Below are positions 45,217 to 60,035 of a DNA stretch of 64,000 nt, piece by piece. Where the stretch lies: assembly GCF_036321535.1 (NCBI RefSeq), contig NC_087472.1, forward strand, positions 100,814,001-100,878,000, given 5' to 3'. A program made the position numbers and the translations under genes. The DNA comes from Camelus dromedarius (Eukaryota). Below the pieces are notes generated by a model. The model did no database searches and was not told the DNA's origin. It worked only from the letters and a program-made list of their open reading frames with translations. Each line of letters begins with the position of its first letter. Position 1 is the first letter of the stretch.

Positions 45217-45915
45217 AGCAGTTCTCAAAGTATGATCTGTGGATCTCTGGAGAGGGGTCTCAGACCTTATAGAGGATCTATGAAGTCAAAACTAAAAACT
45301 ATATTCGTAATAACACTCAACTGTTTGCCTTTTTCATTGTGTTGGCATTTACACTGATGATACAAAGCAATGATAGGTAAACTGGTGGCACCTTAGCATG
45401 AATCAAGTCATTGGATTCTTCAATGCCTTATCCTCACAGTTTAAAAAAAAAAAAAGAAAGAAAAGAAAAAAGAGTAAAGGATGCCTTTGATGAAGCAGGA
45501 AAAATTATTATGTTTATTAAATTTCAATTCTTGACTACATGTCTTCTTAGGAATCTACATGATAAAATGAAGAACACACATAAAACACTTCTGCTGCATA
45601 TCAAAGTATGATAGCTATCCTGAGTATGTAAAGCACTTGAATAATGGAGTTGTAAACTGAACTAGCCATTTTTCTTGGGGAACACTTTTTACTCAAAAGA
45701 ATGACTGACAAACATATTTTTGTTAACATGTAATGGGTTTATTATCATTATTTTCTAAATGAATTAAATATTTTTATATTGCTCAGTTTTGACTTCTAAT
45801 ATGATAAATATTAATAGATAAAACCCACATAAATAAAAAGCTCTTAAGTTTCCCAATGATGTTAAGACTGAAAAAAAAAAAAACTGAAAAAGGAGTCCTA
45901 AGACGAAAAAGTTGT
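45217..45915. mobile_element. hAT-Charlie (Charlie1-like) DNA transposon remnant
   Basis: Starts cagcagttctcaaagtatgatc; internal gaagtcaaaacta and catttacactgatgatacaaagcaatgataggtaaactggtggcaccttagcatgaatcaag. Confidence 0.7.
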
Positions 45916-46059
45916 TACTCTAGTACAATTCCACAATTTTGCTCCCGTCAGTCAAGTTGTATTCATATAAACAATTAGTTGTTTGTTTATTACACTTTCA
46001 TACTTATTTATAACAGATGCACTTGTTATTTTAATATAATTAAATATTATATAAAGCAA

Positions 46060-46500
46060 TGAATTAATGTTTTTAAAAAAGAGTTGCTGTTTATAAGAAA
46101 ACAAAATTTAATACTCTGGAAAGACTTAATAAAGGAAAGCCACTACACATACTGCTATCTAATCAAATGTGAGTGGAACAACTATAAAACTAGCAAGGGA
46201 CAGTGGTGGTGGTGGTAAGGATTCTGCACTGAGATTGCTTTGCAATGTTTTTAAGCTTTCACTTCACTTTAAAGAAGCTGCCACAGGATATAACTGATGT
46301 ATTATGGGTAGAATGTTTTCAAGAAAGACCTATCAGAACTTTAACCAGAAGATCAATACTGGAAAGGCATTGACCCTACCTCTAAAGAGTGGAAAATGAC
46401 TGTATATTGATATGTTTTAAGTTAAACTAAAATGTCTAAAATATATATGCATCATTTTTAAATGATTATCCACTTTAATTGTCTTTTTAAACTAACAAAT
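46060..46500 (+). mobile_element. TcMar-Tigger transposase N-terminal remnant
   Basis: Degenerate coding similarity to a CENP-B/Tigger helix-turn-helix start (KRVAVYKKTKFNTLERLNKG), then disrupted. Confidence 0.5.
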
Positions 46501-46589
46501 GTATGGGACAGGAGGAATAAGGGAGCTTTGTAATAAAGAAAATAAATTGTATGTCTCATTTCATATTCAACTCTAAATTTCTGAGTTAT

Positions 46590-46925
46590 AGAGAGGAATG
46601 TTCCCCAATATCCATTCTCCCTTACTAGAGTAATACAGCTTGTAAGTGGATGCGTAGGTGCCCAGAAGGAAGAGTACATTTCCCTTCTGCTTTGCAACTA
46701 GTGTAACCATGCAACTAAGTCCTGGTCAATGTGATGCAAGCTCCATCTTGACCGTGAGGACAAGGGCCACATCTCAGGGGTGAAAGAGAAGAAAGGCAGA
46801 AGCAACCTGGGTCCCCTATGGCTGTGGAACAGAGTTAACTGCCTACCTTTTGTATTTGTACCTGAGAGGGAAACTTCTATTTTGTTTAAACCACCGTAAT
46901 CCTGCATCTCTGTTATAAGCCCCTA
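46590..46925 (+). mobile_element. MaLR (MLT1J-like) LTR remnant
   Basis: cccaatatccattctcc...catttcccttctgctttgcaac...ctaagtcctggtcaatg...aaacttctattttgtttaaaccac; recognised by eye. Confidence 0.6.
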
Positions 46926-48550
46926 TCCCTAAAAGCATCTTTCTCCTTGCCCTTGAGCCTCACTGTCAATCATCAGGCACTGACTGATGGGAGGGTGTGA
47001 TGGTCACCGTCCAAATCGTAAGGCCAGCACAAGAATCCTAGGCCTGGAGGTCAGAAGTCTGGAGTTCTGGTAGCAGCTCTGCCACTTACCAGCAGAGAGA
47101 TCTCAGATATGACATACTGTCTGATTCACAGAGATGATTTCTCCATTTGTTCATACTAAATTGTTATTAACCATAAACAATCACCATGAGTAGAACAGAA
47201 ATAAAAAACATAAGAAATAGATCTGTCAGAATTTTATCATTTGGCAGTAAAAACTGCAAGCCACATGATTATTTTTGACAACTGATAAATAATATAAAGA
47301 GCATCTGATTTTATAGCAATACTTTTTTTAATAACTTTTTTAAAAAACTTCAAATTTCAGTTTTATTTTGGAAGGACAGATCCCTTAGGAAAACATCTAA
47401 ATTGACACAGAAAATGAAACCTTTAAACAGATTTTAGGAAAGAAAAACTTAAAACAGTATTTTGAAACAACAAAGAGCCTTGTAATATTTTTTCAAGTTT
47501 TGCTTGTAATAAAATTACTTTTTTTTTTTAATTAGAAAAATAATCTGTAAAGGTTGACTTAATTGAAAAGTCACATTATTGATCAGTCATCTTGGCAACA
47601 CTGCCTTCCGTTTTGTGATGATGATGGTGGTGGTGATACTCTGTCATTTACGATATAGAAAGCACCTGGGAATGGACCTAAAGCAAACATAAACCTCTCC
47701 AGTTTTAATCCTTTTTAGATAATAACATAGGAAATCAGCAGAAGCCACCTATTTACTCATTAAGGAAATCTCTAAAAGGTCTGTCTGGCTCCAGTTTATT
47801 CTACTCTTGTTAAGGCACTGATTTAGGTTCTTGACAATAACCAACTGCTGTAAGTCAGCTGCTGTCAGAGAAATCCATAGGCCCATAATATTGTTCACTA
47901 AATTAGCCATTTGCCCTTAGGTCATATGATTTAAATTGTCACTAAGAGTTAACAATAAAAAAAAAAAAATACTAAAGCAAGTACACAGACAACTTGAACA
48001 TTGTGTGCTGTTCTTCTTTTCTCCCATGCTTCTAATTCCTTACTTGTGGTCTCATCTACCTCCTCAATCTTCACCTTAAGGCTCCAGGCACATCTTCTTC
48101 CCTCAAATAAAGCCACGGCAGTAGCAATTCACAAAAGGCTGCTTCATGAGCCCACTCATTCGCCACCCTACGTCTGACTCAGACAACCATCCTACGCTCG
48201 CGAGGTTTTCTTACACACACCTCTATCATCTGTACCATCGCTGTCTCTCCCTCAGAGAGGCCTTGCTAAAGTTTAATTAAAATAAACCAAGTCTAAAAAT
48301 TGCTTGTTGACGATAGATCCTAAGACTTCAAATCAATAAACTGTTTAAACTTAAGATTATCTCTGTACAGTTAAATTGTACAAAATCCTTCAATGTATTT
48401 CAAGACTTCTAATGATTATGAATAATATTTTCATTTTAAAGTCTCAAGATTATAAGCAAATTGACAAGTCATACTAGATAATAATACTTCCTTGAATAGT
48501 ATCAGAAACAGTCCTAAATATAATCAGGCAAATCTCCACTGCATCAATTA

Positions 48551-48745
<195 letters not shown>

Positions 48746-49520
48746 CTATTCAAAAATTTCTAACACTGAAAACATACCAATTTCACTTTCCACTTTGAGT
48801 ACTTCTGCATAAGAAGTCAAAGGATGGAATCTTAAATATCACATTTTCTAAGAAGAAAAGGCTTACTTGACCAGCACAAACCTAATTTTCTGCTTGTATT
48901 TTTTTTATATTCCTTATTGCAAAGTATACAAGTAAAACACAGACTTATAGATATGATGTATGAATCCACTGTCATTTTAACTCTCACACTACATACTGAG
49001 GAAGAAAGAGTTTAAAAGGGTAAAAAGGGATCAACTGCAACAGTGTCCAGAGGAGCCTCTACGCAGCATCTGTAGTAGTTGATGTTTTTAAGTTTGGCCT
49101 GAAGCTTTGGCTTAAAAGAACATTTTATTCCTCAGGCTGCACGCGAGTCACCTCTGTGAGGCATCCACAACGCAGCTCACAGTCAAGCTGCAGGAATTCT
49201 AAGGATGCCCAGTCTTCTCTCTGAACAGTGGCTGCTGCAGGTTCCTGCTGTTCTCCTGTGGCATGTCCATGTGTCCACCCCAGATGGCGTAGCTGTACTG
49301 GGATGGAGAACTTATGCTGGCCCAATATACCTTTCCATATTAACTCCACTCATGAATCCCCACAGACAAGGAGGGAAGACAGAAGTCCCATAACTCTAAC
49401 AGATCAACCAGCAGGGGAGCAGGGAAGGTAATATTTCATTTTAAAGGAGTTTTTATAATAGTTTTAGATTTAGCCAGGAAATTCTGTCATGTTTATGTAT
49501 GAATATACAAGGAAGGACAT

Positions 49521-49800
49521 AGGTTCATAATCCCTTATCTGCAATTACAAAAAATTAAAAAATCACTCTAAAAACTGAATGCTTTTTCAAAGTTTATGGC
49601 AAATCTCTTTAGAGGCAGAACCTGAACATGAGATCACCTATAAGCCTTTGCTTATCCCATTTAGTATGAACATTCATATGTTAGGCGTTAGAAATAATAG
49701 CTGCTTACAGGGTGCTAAAGTAACAAGCCATATTTCCATTCTAGAATCTAAAAAGTATGAATTCTAAAATATATTTGGCCCCAAGATTTTGGATAATGGT
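49521..49800. mobile_element. Non-autonomous Tigger-type element (MER46C-like)
   Basis: Ends cataatcccttatctg ... tttggccccaagattttggataatg, degenerate terminal inverted repeats. Confidence 0.55.
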
Positions 49801-50699
49801 CAAAATTATAGCTTGAAAGCCTAAGTTGTGTGACCCTCAAGTTAAGGTGTATCTAGGAAAGATAAGTTCAGGGACAGGGACAAGAAAGATGAAGAAACCT
49901 CTGAGGAAGAAATGCTTCATGAGCAAGGTACACAAGAGAAAAAACCTGAATGGGGCCAAAGGGGAAGGGGAGATTCGAAGTGCAGTGCCAGGAGTACTTC
50001 TCAGATTATTTTCTATTTCAGCTCCTCTCCTAACCCCCATTCAAATGGAGCATAAAGAAAAGAGACTAATAAAAGCACGGGCTTTGTAATAGCACCAGAG
50101 TATCTGTAACAAACAGGAAACAAAGTCAACATCCCTCTGTGAACTGGTTACACAAGTGAAATATTCTCCTTCAAGAAAACTGTTGGAGAATGCCAGAGCA
50201 CGCATTAAGGAAGGAGACAGAAACTGTCTATCAGAAGGCAGGACATAGCAGTAGCAAAGACCGACAGGGGCATAAGCAGTAAACTAGCCCAGCCCATTTC
50301 AGGAGGGTCAACTGGGAACTGGGTACTCACAGGGCTCATGTCATGCATGAAACAGGAAGGCTACCTGGCAATAAAGGCAATGTGTATGATGTGATCAAGG
50401 GACTTCCCAAAGTGGCTTAGAGGCTTGTTGCAGGGACAGAGGTCCAGCTGTTTTGCCAGTTGGGGCCAGGCCAGAGAAGTGGTGTTTTGTGACTGGCAGA
50501 ACCTACGGAAGCGAAAAGCCTTTAGTCCTATGAAGAAGGCTAACCTGCTTCTCTGCTGTCCCATCTGAGTTCCTCCTAAAGTTGGAGAATTCAAACTAAA
50601 ATCCACCTGTCTCTAAGATACAGACTGCCACACAGATCTCAGTAAGTAGCAAATGATCTTCTAACAAGGAAGTAATTCAGCAAGAGACACCTATACTAC

Positions 50700-51150
50700 T
50701 CATGACCTGGTCCCTGTCTGCGTTTCCATCCCCATCTCATGCCCTTCTCTCCCTCCTTCCCATTAGTCTTTTGGTTCCCAAAATAGCCCCAAACTTTATT
50801 TTTCAACCTTAGGGCCTTTGAACGTGTCCCCTCTGCCCAGAACTGTCGTTATACTACCAGACTCTTTACAAGGCTGGCTCCTTCAGGTTTCAGTTTAAAT
50901 GTCACTCGATCACTAAACCAAAGCAAGCCTCCATCCCCATTAGTCCTCATCACAGTACTCTGACTTTTCTTTCACAGATTTTCTCATTATTTGTACTGAT
51001 GCATTTGTTTGCTTACTGGTTTACCATCTCCGTGGCCACCCCTGCTAAACTGAGAGCTCTAGGAGGACAGGTCTAAATTCAACAACACACACCCAACCAC
51101 CTAGGACCAGACCTGGCACAGCGGGGATCAATAAATACTTTCCACATGAA
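50700..51150 (+). mobile_element. L2 3' fragment
   Basis: cttagggcctttgaac...ctctgcccagaac...ggctggctccttc...tgagagctctaggaggacagg...cctggcacag...tcaataaatac. Confidence 0.65.
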
Positions 51151-54100
51151 TGCCTTCACTGGTGCCATGAGGAAATCTTTCCCCATACGTAGTGAGCTCT
51201 AATTCCCCTAAGACATGGGAAGCAGCCATGTGATAGCTAACAAGAGGCACTTTGCCCTCTCAGTTTTGAGGACAGTGCTTTCAATCTTCTCTCTCCAGAA
51301 CTTTGAAAGGGCAGCTTTTCAGGCAATAAAACAAACTGAATTTATTTTCCCCTCTTCACCTCTGTCCTTGGTTGTCTTCTACATTATGTGACTATGAAAA
51401 ATGGAGGCTCCAGAAAAGTGATAGCACCACGGGTCAAGAACACATACATATCTAGTCACTAGGAGCATCCCTAAGCTATGCTGGAGCTGGGTACAAATAA
51501 ATGTTGCAACAAAGTCAAAAGTAAATACAGCTAGTATATCTTTCTAATCAAATGCTTGGCAAATTCTTGGCACTGAAAAAAGGGAGCTTTGTATCATTAG
51601 GAACTTGTGGCAGTTTCCCTTTGCTAACAGATAAAGCCAAATGGCTATCGTAGGGAGGAAGGTTGAAGTAGGATTTAGGAGACCTAGATTTTGGACCCTT
51701 ATAATCAACTAACACTGTGACATGTGACTTTGGGCAAGCCATTTAACTTTTCATTCATAAAATAAATAAATGGGCACTCCTCCCCACCCACACATGCACC
51801 CTAAAAATCCCATTCTTTTTCAAATCTACTAATCTATGATTTTGTTTCATTAAAATCTCATTGATTATGAGCCTAAACTTCACTGAATTTTGGTACTTTG
51901 TTACACAGACATCATTCAAATCTATACTGACTTTGTTAAACAATGGTCAGAGAGAAAAGAGAAATAAATCTTCAAAAAGAAGCTCACAAAATCACCTAGC
52001 ATGCACAGCCTAAACCACCTCATTTGAGCAGTCCATCTTGTTTAGGAAATGAAGGCTTGTGTAATTTATGCCAGTCAGTTATTAAAAGTTGAGGTAAGCT
52101 CTTTGGCACTAAGATTGTAATGAATGGGAACAGGTAGGAAGCAGGGTTATTAATTCCCCAAGTGCAAGCAAAATGCACACTCTTCATTATTTGGAATTCC
52201 TATCATTTCTGTCCCTCTGAGTACTTTTAAGTACTCAGTTCCTGGCGTACCCTGTACTTTATGGTGAATACTGTGGTTTAACTAAATGATCCAATGGTGG
52301 GGGGAAAAGGAATGCACATTCCACTTACACATGCTTCTCTCCTCAGAGGTTTAGAAAGCAGCAAAGCTGTTCAGTGAGGCAGTTTTTTAAAGGTGGAAAC
52401 AGCCCACTGAAGTGAGCACAAAACCCTGTCAGGGTAAGTAATGGGGAAGTCACAAACAGTAGAACATGGGGATGGAGACAACATGGTGTAAAGCAGTGAG
52501 CGAGTTTTGGAGAGTGAATCAGAACACCCAAGTTCAGGTCTAGACTCTGCCTCTGCTTAGCTGAGTGGCAAAGCATCACAGTATGGGTGGAAGAAAAACT
52601 CAGTGAAGATCCTGGGGTCTGTGTCTTAGTTTCAGCTAATCATATACTAGCTGTGGTCCCTCAGCTGTAAGCTGGAGTGTGGTTCTACTAGATGATGCTG
52701 AAGGTCCTTCCAGCTCTAAATGCTGCTACTTTCATGCGATTCCTGCTTATGTGCATGCCGATGCGCTTTGTCATCAGTTACCACTGAGGGTGGTTTTAGC
52801 TTAGTACAGGCAGCCATTCTTCAAAGTTATATAAATTTTACTGAGTGATGACTAAATGGTAGGGTAGAAAAAGAACATTAAGTAAAAAAACAAAAAACAA
52901 AAAAACTAACCTATTTCTAAGCTTGCCAGTAAGGCAAGTTAACACACCTTAAAATCAAGAAAGGAGATTCACTAAAGTAAAAGGAAACAATTTTCAAAAA
53001 GAAAGATCATAGGAGCAAAATAAATGCAAAGAAAAGTATGTGATGAAAAGAGAAAAACCTAAAGATGAGCAGAAACTCTTTTGTAACTCTATTTTTAAAG
53101 AACTGTGGGCTTGGAAAAGAAATCCAGAAATAGCTGTAACCTACTTTATGAAATCACAAACCTGACATTCTTGTATAGCCGAAGAGGCTCCCCAAAATGG
53201 ACCTTTTAATAGGTATAATGTATGGGGAGCCAAGCCATCCTTGCACAAAAACCGTAAGAGTGCCATGTTTGAGCCTGGCTGCCCAGACTGAAGAGGGAAC
53301 ATCAACAGGAGGGCAAGTAACATGGTCAGGAGGTTTTGAACAGTGTCATTGTTGTCATGTATACCAAAAATGATGAAAACCATTAAGTCTTCAAAGATGT
53401 AGACCAGGTAAAGCACAGTGGAAATTTATTAAATCATGAAAGGTGCAAAATGCACACCAAATCCTAGAAGAATCCCTGAAGTATGAAAGAGACTCATTTG
53501 GGTCATTAAAAAGAAGTGTTGAAATCATGACTGGCCAGAATGTTCAAGCTTAGTTACCTGAATTCCCTGTTTAACCAAGGGTTGGAAAGTTTGTCTCAAG
53601 GCCTTTCTTACAGAGAAATCAGGTTCTTGAATATAAGGGCTAAAGGTTATGAACGCTTGTTGTACACAAATATACAAAATAAAAGACCAGAGTTCCCTCG
53701 ATCCTGAGATCAGAATAGAGCTTTCTAGTGTCTGGGTAAAAATAAGGATGAAATAAACTGGAGGAAAGAGTACATGATCAATTAAACATTTTCTCATGAT
53801 TAAGAACAGATATGTCCATTTTAAAAAAATTTATCTACAGAAAACATAAGCAGCAGCAGGATATGAAATGCAAGCAGTTTTATTTGATATAAAAGCAAAG
53901 ACACAACCAAAATTCCATCTTAACTACAAACTGCTACACAGCTCCCTAAAAGTCAGCCTCCTCGCCATGTATGGAGATCCAGTGACAAGCAGGGAGAATC
54001 CCTCCCCATCCCATCACCTATACATTCAGGGAAGACTGAAAAGTTCAAATAAATAAAAGATGTTGTCACATCAAAGGATGCAAATGTTTCTTAAAAATAA

Positions 54101-57007
54101 ATTTTAGACCACATGACTTCTTAAAGGTTAAATAGACATTTTTAATTCTTGCTGGTCCAAAGCTATCTAATCTAAATCAGTGCTCTTGGATTATTTAACA
54201 AATTGAGGATAGCAGACACTGGTACCTATGTTTACATGAGAATGATGATCCAACAGTGATAGAAGATTATCACCTGAACATTTCACTGCACAGGATTGGA
54301 GTTACAGGAAGGGTAGGATAATTAGGCTAAATTTATCACTATACATAGTCTGAAAAGTACCTTTCAACTAAATAAACTCTAGTATCTTTTTGGTTGTGGT
54401 CTTTTTTTTTTTTCTTCTCAGAAAATCCAAATACGTACTGAGCAGAATTAACTTTATAGAAACTTCTGGTTGGCTAGCTATTTATTAGTTAATGTTTCTC
54501 TATGGGAACTTACATTAATGGACAAGTTTATAATACTATTATTCAAGGTATCATTAAGAATTCATTATCCGAGATTCCACATTTATGATGATGTATAAAG
54601 AAGCAAAAGTCATCAAAACAATAAAGTATTAACAAGTGAAGTGATCTCAAATAAAACTGCCATCACTCAAATATTCGTCCCTTTTAACAGGAACTTTTAT
54701 TCCCACCAGTGTGTCAAAGTCTTTCAGGGAGAATCATAGGCAAAGACACCGATAAACAATCTGATGAAATTTTATCAGCTAACAACTGGAGAATAAAAAA
54801 CCGACAAGGATGAAGACAGAAAAACAGGAACACACAAAAATGAAGAAAAAATTGACAAAGTCTTTTGTATATTTTTAATGACCTTTTTATCGTGAAAGTC
54901 ATTCATGACCTAACCTAAAATTTTACTATAAAAATTGCTCCTCCCCACCAAAAGATAACACTTGATTCTTTCTTCTAAGAAACAGCTCATAGTTGCTATA
55001 ACCTAAAATGTATTAACTATAAGATAAACTTATTTTCATAATTTTAGTTCCATTTTTCTCAACTTAAAGTCCCAGTCAAACCTTTTAATGACTATGAAAT
55101 TTTGAAATTGAACTTCTTGAACTAAATAGTGGTCTATCTTAAAATGTTGTTTAAAAATGTTTATAACAAATTTGTGGATACATATGAATTTAACAAGAAA
55201 ACAGGACATCATCATAATCTTTTAAAGCTAACAGAAGGTAATATATACTCTCATGAAATACCCCTTGTTATCATCAGCATGTGAATACTTGATTAGCTTG
55301 AACATGGGACAGACCAAGTTTAGATCCTGTTTCAGTTTAATTATGTTTTCACAGGATTATTTCATTATCTTCACAAAATTTTTAAACACTGGATTTGGAA
55401 AAGTCACTATTATATCAAAAGAATATATTCAGAAGACTAATAAAAAATTTATGAGAGCTATATGACAATAGGGCAACATTATAATAAGACTCTATTTTTT
55501 ATTATAATTGGCCTGGCTAAAATTCAAGATGATAAATTGATTCAGAATTAAGTGGTTTACACAGGGGTTAAATGGACATCCTCACCCGCACAAGACTATC
55601 TGTGGACCCTTCACACTCCAAAAGGGCAGTTTACCACACATGTTTCCTTACTGTCCATTAAGCAAGATACTACTCTGGCAGGAGAAAAAGGATACAGACA
55701 GATGTGAGATCTCCCAGAGAGAAGTGGAAACAATAGGAAAGTGTGCCTAGGATAGGCTTGGAACTAAAAAGTTACAAATAACTAAAGATGTCTTCAGATT
55801 CTACCAATGAAATGTTTAGGAAATGTCCTTATAGAAGTATGTATAGGCGTTCCTACAGGCGTCCATCTGCAAGGTGGGTGTGGTAACTGATAATGGCCCA
55901 GCAGAGATGACAGCAGAGTGGATTCATGTTTTGTCAGCTCAGTGAAATAAGGACTAATCAAATGTTTCCTACAATGCCTGAACTATCCACACAATCCCGG
56001 GATGCCAGAGCGAGAAATCATCTCACCTCAAAATTATACAAAGACATCCAGGCACTGACTGCTTTCCACTCTGTTTCATTTCTGTTTATTTACAGGTCTC
56101 AATTTTACTAATAGGTCATAAACTTCTCGAAAGTATCTGAACCTGATTTACTTTCACTGCACTTACAGCACCTCTGTCAGTGCTCAATGAATTTCAACAG
56201 ATACACCGCTGATTGCCACTCTTAAAGTATTGTAACACAGGGACAAATATATCGTTTACTTGAAGCTAAGAATTGGTATTCATAGGAGAGAGATTGTGAA
56301 GAACATGGTATGGAGTTTTTTTTTTTAAAAAGCAATGACGTGTGGCCTAGATTGCACAGCTTTTCAAAAATTTGATGACAATTATTATTTTTGGTGGTAA
56401 CTGACGCTTGACGATGTGCCTTACAAGATGAATGCACAGCCAGAAGTCTTTACATGCTGACAAAGGTTATGCTTTGATCTACTGTTGCAACCATTCTTTT
56501 CAGGAGATCACCATTTGTTTCTTGGCCACCTGCGGTTAGCCCAAAGCCAGTGTTCAAAGGGCTCATTTTCAATGGTCTCACAGTGGGCTGGCCTGGGGCT
56601 ATTGCTTCCTGTTAGACTACAGGTACATCCTTTGAAGCAGGTTTTGTTTTTGTTTCTGTTTTTAAAGGACAAGCTAAAAGCATTTTTTAATCAGTTCCCT
56701 TTAAGGCTGCCAAGACAATGCTAAAGTTCCTGGCTGATGTGCATGTGCTCCACAGAACTAGCACAACAGAGCTGGTTTACTTCAAATACTACTGCATCTA
56801 CCCCAGGAGGGGTGAGCAAGCCCCTCTTGGTAATAATGTCTGCGAAGCCTCTAAGGTACGGGTGATGACACTTCACCAATACAGAGGCTGTTGTCTTACA
56901 GTACTTAGTCAATGTGTGCTGATGAAGGTAGGCTGTGAAAGCTACTGTCACTTCCAATTAGATGTGAAGGTTAATGCTGTGCTGGGGCCTCTTACCCTTG
57001 CAGCTCT

Positions 57008-57250
57008 AGTGTTCAGATGGCTGGTTGTGACTCATTAGTGGTGAAATCAACGTATTCGATGCCAAAATAGGCACTTATATGAATTTATGAGCAGGAAAGT
57101 CAAGAAAATTGAGAACCTCACAGTAGTGAAATACATAGTTGTGACATTTTGCTTCAATTACATATGTGACATTACGTATGTGGATACTGGGTTAGGATGT
57201 AAAAAATATTGCTACTGTGTCTCTGTCAAAAAAAATGAAAAAGTGCTTCC
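57008..57250. mobile_element. hAT-Charlie non-autonomous element remnant
   Basis: gtgactcattagtggtgaaatcaa...tactgggttaggatgtaaaaaatattgctactgtg...; flanked by ctctag / ctagag, the hAT target preference. Confidence 0.5.
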
Positions 57251-58006
57251 TAGAGCTTCTTAAAGGCCACACTTGTCTTTGGTCAGTTTTTCTACTTGGC
57301 TATCTTTGGATGGCCAATATTCCGGATTTAAAACATAATGATCTACTGAAATCCTTTATTTTTTCTTTTGTACATTACTTTTTTTTGGTATATTACTTTT
57401 GTTGTTGTTAATACTTTATTTTAAACTTTCTTGTCCAGCACAGGGTAATTTTAATACTCCATCTGAAATGGTCTGGATGTGTGACCAAAGCCTCCAAGTA
57501 TGGTACTTCTTCTTGAAAAGCTTTTATTCTCCCAATGAGTCAGTCTAAATACTCCTTCAATACTGTCTACATATGACTTATCCTTGTATTTCTAGCTAAC
57601 TAGGAACCAGAGAACATAGTAACCAATACCCAAGTCTTTAACTCAGCACTCGCTACTTGTGTGAACCCAAGAAGTATTTACTTCAGATAAGTTTTCTAAT
57701 TTTAAACTCTTAATATTTAGAAACAGTATAAATATCATGTCTTTTATCCAGCATTTGAAGCAAGATTTCCAATGTTGACTATACCTTAAAACACAAGATG
57801 AATTTACTAATATCATGAGATTTGAAAAGATTCACACAGAAGGAACTAAATGTTTCAAAGCAAAGTATAATGATTAATCAGCTATATTCACTTTCTGAGA
57901 TTGAAACTTTAAAATCTCAGGAACAGAGTTTAATCAGCTAGATGTCATCTCTTACATATTCTATTCACAAAAACTAAATTATAAAATGAAAAAAATATAT
58001 ACATAC

Positions 58007-58052
58007 CTTCACTGTCCTTGAATTTCTTGATTGCCACAATTTCATGTGTTTC
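58007..58052 (-). CDS. CDKL5: CDKL5 exon 4 (46 nt), ETHEIVAIKKFKDSE, contains the catalytic lysine of the VAIK motif
   Basis: Acceptor ctcttttcctttgcag|GAAACA; donor GAAG|gtatgt. Confidence 0.97.
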
Positions 58053-59745
58053 CTGCAAAGGAAAAGAGGCAGAGGGAAAGTCATTCTCCAGTGTTTTTCA
58101 AACTGGGAATCCCAACTGTCCAGGAATATATTCTGAAACAGAGTAGCAAGAATCCAGAGAATAAAAACATAAATCCTCTTCTTCCCCAGTCCCTCATTTC
58201 TTGGTTCCAAAGTTCTCTTACCTCCCTGCAGACACTGCCAGGGGAAGGAAAAGGAGAAGGGGGAGGGGCTGGGAGACCAAGAGCAGAGATGGCAATAGAA
58301 CATGGATGAACCAGCAGATGTCTTGAGACTACGCCAAAATTCCAGGATGACTGACAAGAGACCAGCATCGACACTGCCCTCTGAAACCCAGGGACACATT
58401 TAACTGAGCTTCTAAGACCAGAGAAATGGCTTCTACAATACTTGGTGGTTGCTGGTAGCAGAATGCCTCTTCCAAGGCTCCTCCCTTCATTTCTCTCTTC
58501 CTAACAAACCTATCTAGTTGTTCACCAGCCCCCCTTCTCCATTGATAGCTATTTCAAATCCAAAGTGAAATAAGCATTTGCCACCAAATACCAATCACCA
58601 ACTTCCCCCTGTCCTTATTTAGCTCTCCTAAACAGAAGTAGTTGGTGAGAAGAACCCTACTTTAAACTGGAACATCACAAATTTTTTTTTTTTTTGGTCT
58701 TTTTTAGTTGGCGGAGAAGAAAATAAGGGCTGGAAAGGAAATGGAAATGCTAAGGACTAAGTATAGCTAGGCTAAATAATTCATGTCTAATATTCTAATC
58801 TATAAAAGGTTTTGGTAAAATAATATATAGATTCTTCAAAGCCAACATGTCCTATAGAAAGATCTTCTGAATGACTCAGTCCTGCTCTTTTTGACTCTAA
58901 GTGAGTATACTTTCAGATCTGTAGGAGCAAATCTTTTAATAAAACTTTGTTCCTGCATCAAAACAAAGACTTAAAAAATGGACGCAATCCTAGGCAATAA
59001 CCAATAGGGTACAAAATCATTAACTTATTAAAAATATATGCTGTTCTCCTAGATTCCTTACAAAAGCAAGGGGAATCATAAAAATGAGGAGGGAAAAGAA
59101 AGAAAAAAAAAAGTGACCATTTCAATCATGCTGAAAGACAAACCTTGAGTTGGAACTATGTCTGTAAATCAAACCCTTTCTGTTTCTCATATGCCCACTG
59201 AAAAATGAAGAAAATACCAGCCTTCATATTTGTGTTAAAGGGAAATAATTATCTGGAAGTGTTACAGGCTATTGAGGAAAAAGATTCTTAAGATTATTGT
59301 GCTTTTATTTTTAATGGAGGAATAGAATTATAGAGTATAGACAGTTTTGGTGATACAATTTATTTGTACATTAGCAGACCTTTTGACTTAAACTCAGCCT
59401 TCCACATACTTTCTGACATTGCAACTGTTTCATTACCGAGAAGGAATAACTACAAAGTCAAAGTAATGTAGAGGATGATGAACTAGAATATTAGTACAGG
59501 TAGGACCAGTAACTCTTCCTAGGTATGCTACTCTCTCTTAATACACTGACATTGTTTTCTTACCCTGCTCCTTTTTAAACTGCTCTAGCTAGCAACCCAC
59601 CTATGGCCTAAGGGAAAGAACAAAATCCTATCAGGAAACTGCTCACAGCACAAAGAAAGGGGCAGCACATCACATCCAGGAAGAGAGGAGGACTGCTCAA
59701 CATCTCAACTGAGTACTGTTCCAGGTAGCATTTCATCCTACATTT

Positions 59746-59811
59746 CATATATATATATACATACATATATACACATACACACACATATATCTACATATAT
59801 ATATACATACA

Positions 59812-59843
<32 letters not shown>
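59746..59843 (+). repeat. Compound (TA)n/(CA)n microsatellite
   Basis: Read directly. Confidence 0.9.
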
Positions 59844-59844
<1 letters not shown>

Positions 59845-60009
59845 TTTTATTGCATCCTAAGCATTAAAACTTTGACTGATTTTATAAAAGGTCTTGCTTA
59901 GTTCAAAACTATCCACTGATATGACTACAAATTTAAATTTATGACTAGAACCATCTAATTTATCAGGTTTTTTTCCCCATCCTGGCATCTCATAAATAGA
60001 ATTTACAGT

Positions 60010-60035
60010 AAAAAAAAAAAAAAAAAAAAAAAAAA
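60010..60035 (+). repeat. Poly(A) tract, 26 nt
   Basis: Read directly. Confidence 0.9.

Noticed and set aside
49270..49425. CTCF-like motifs (ccccagatggcg; ccagcaggggagc)
   Set aside because: Both mismatch core consensus positions and cannot be supported without ChIP or PWM scoring.
56862..56922. Possible C/D snoRNA (gtgatga ... ctga)
   Set aside because: Antisense to the host gene, no terminal stem and no recognisable rRNA guide.
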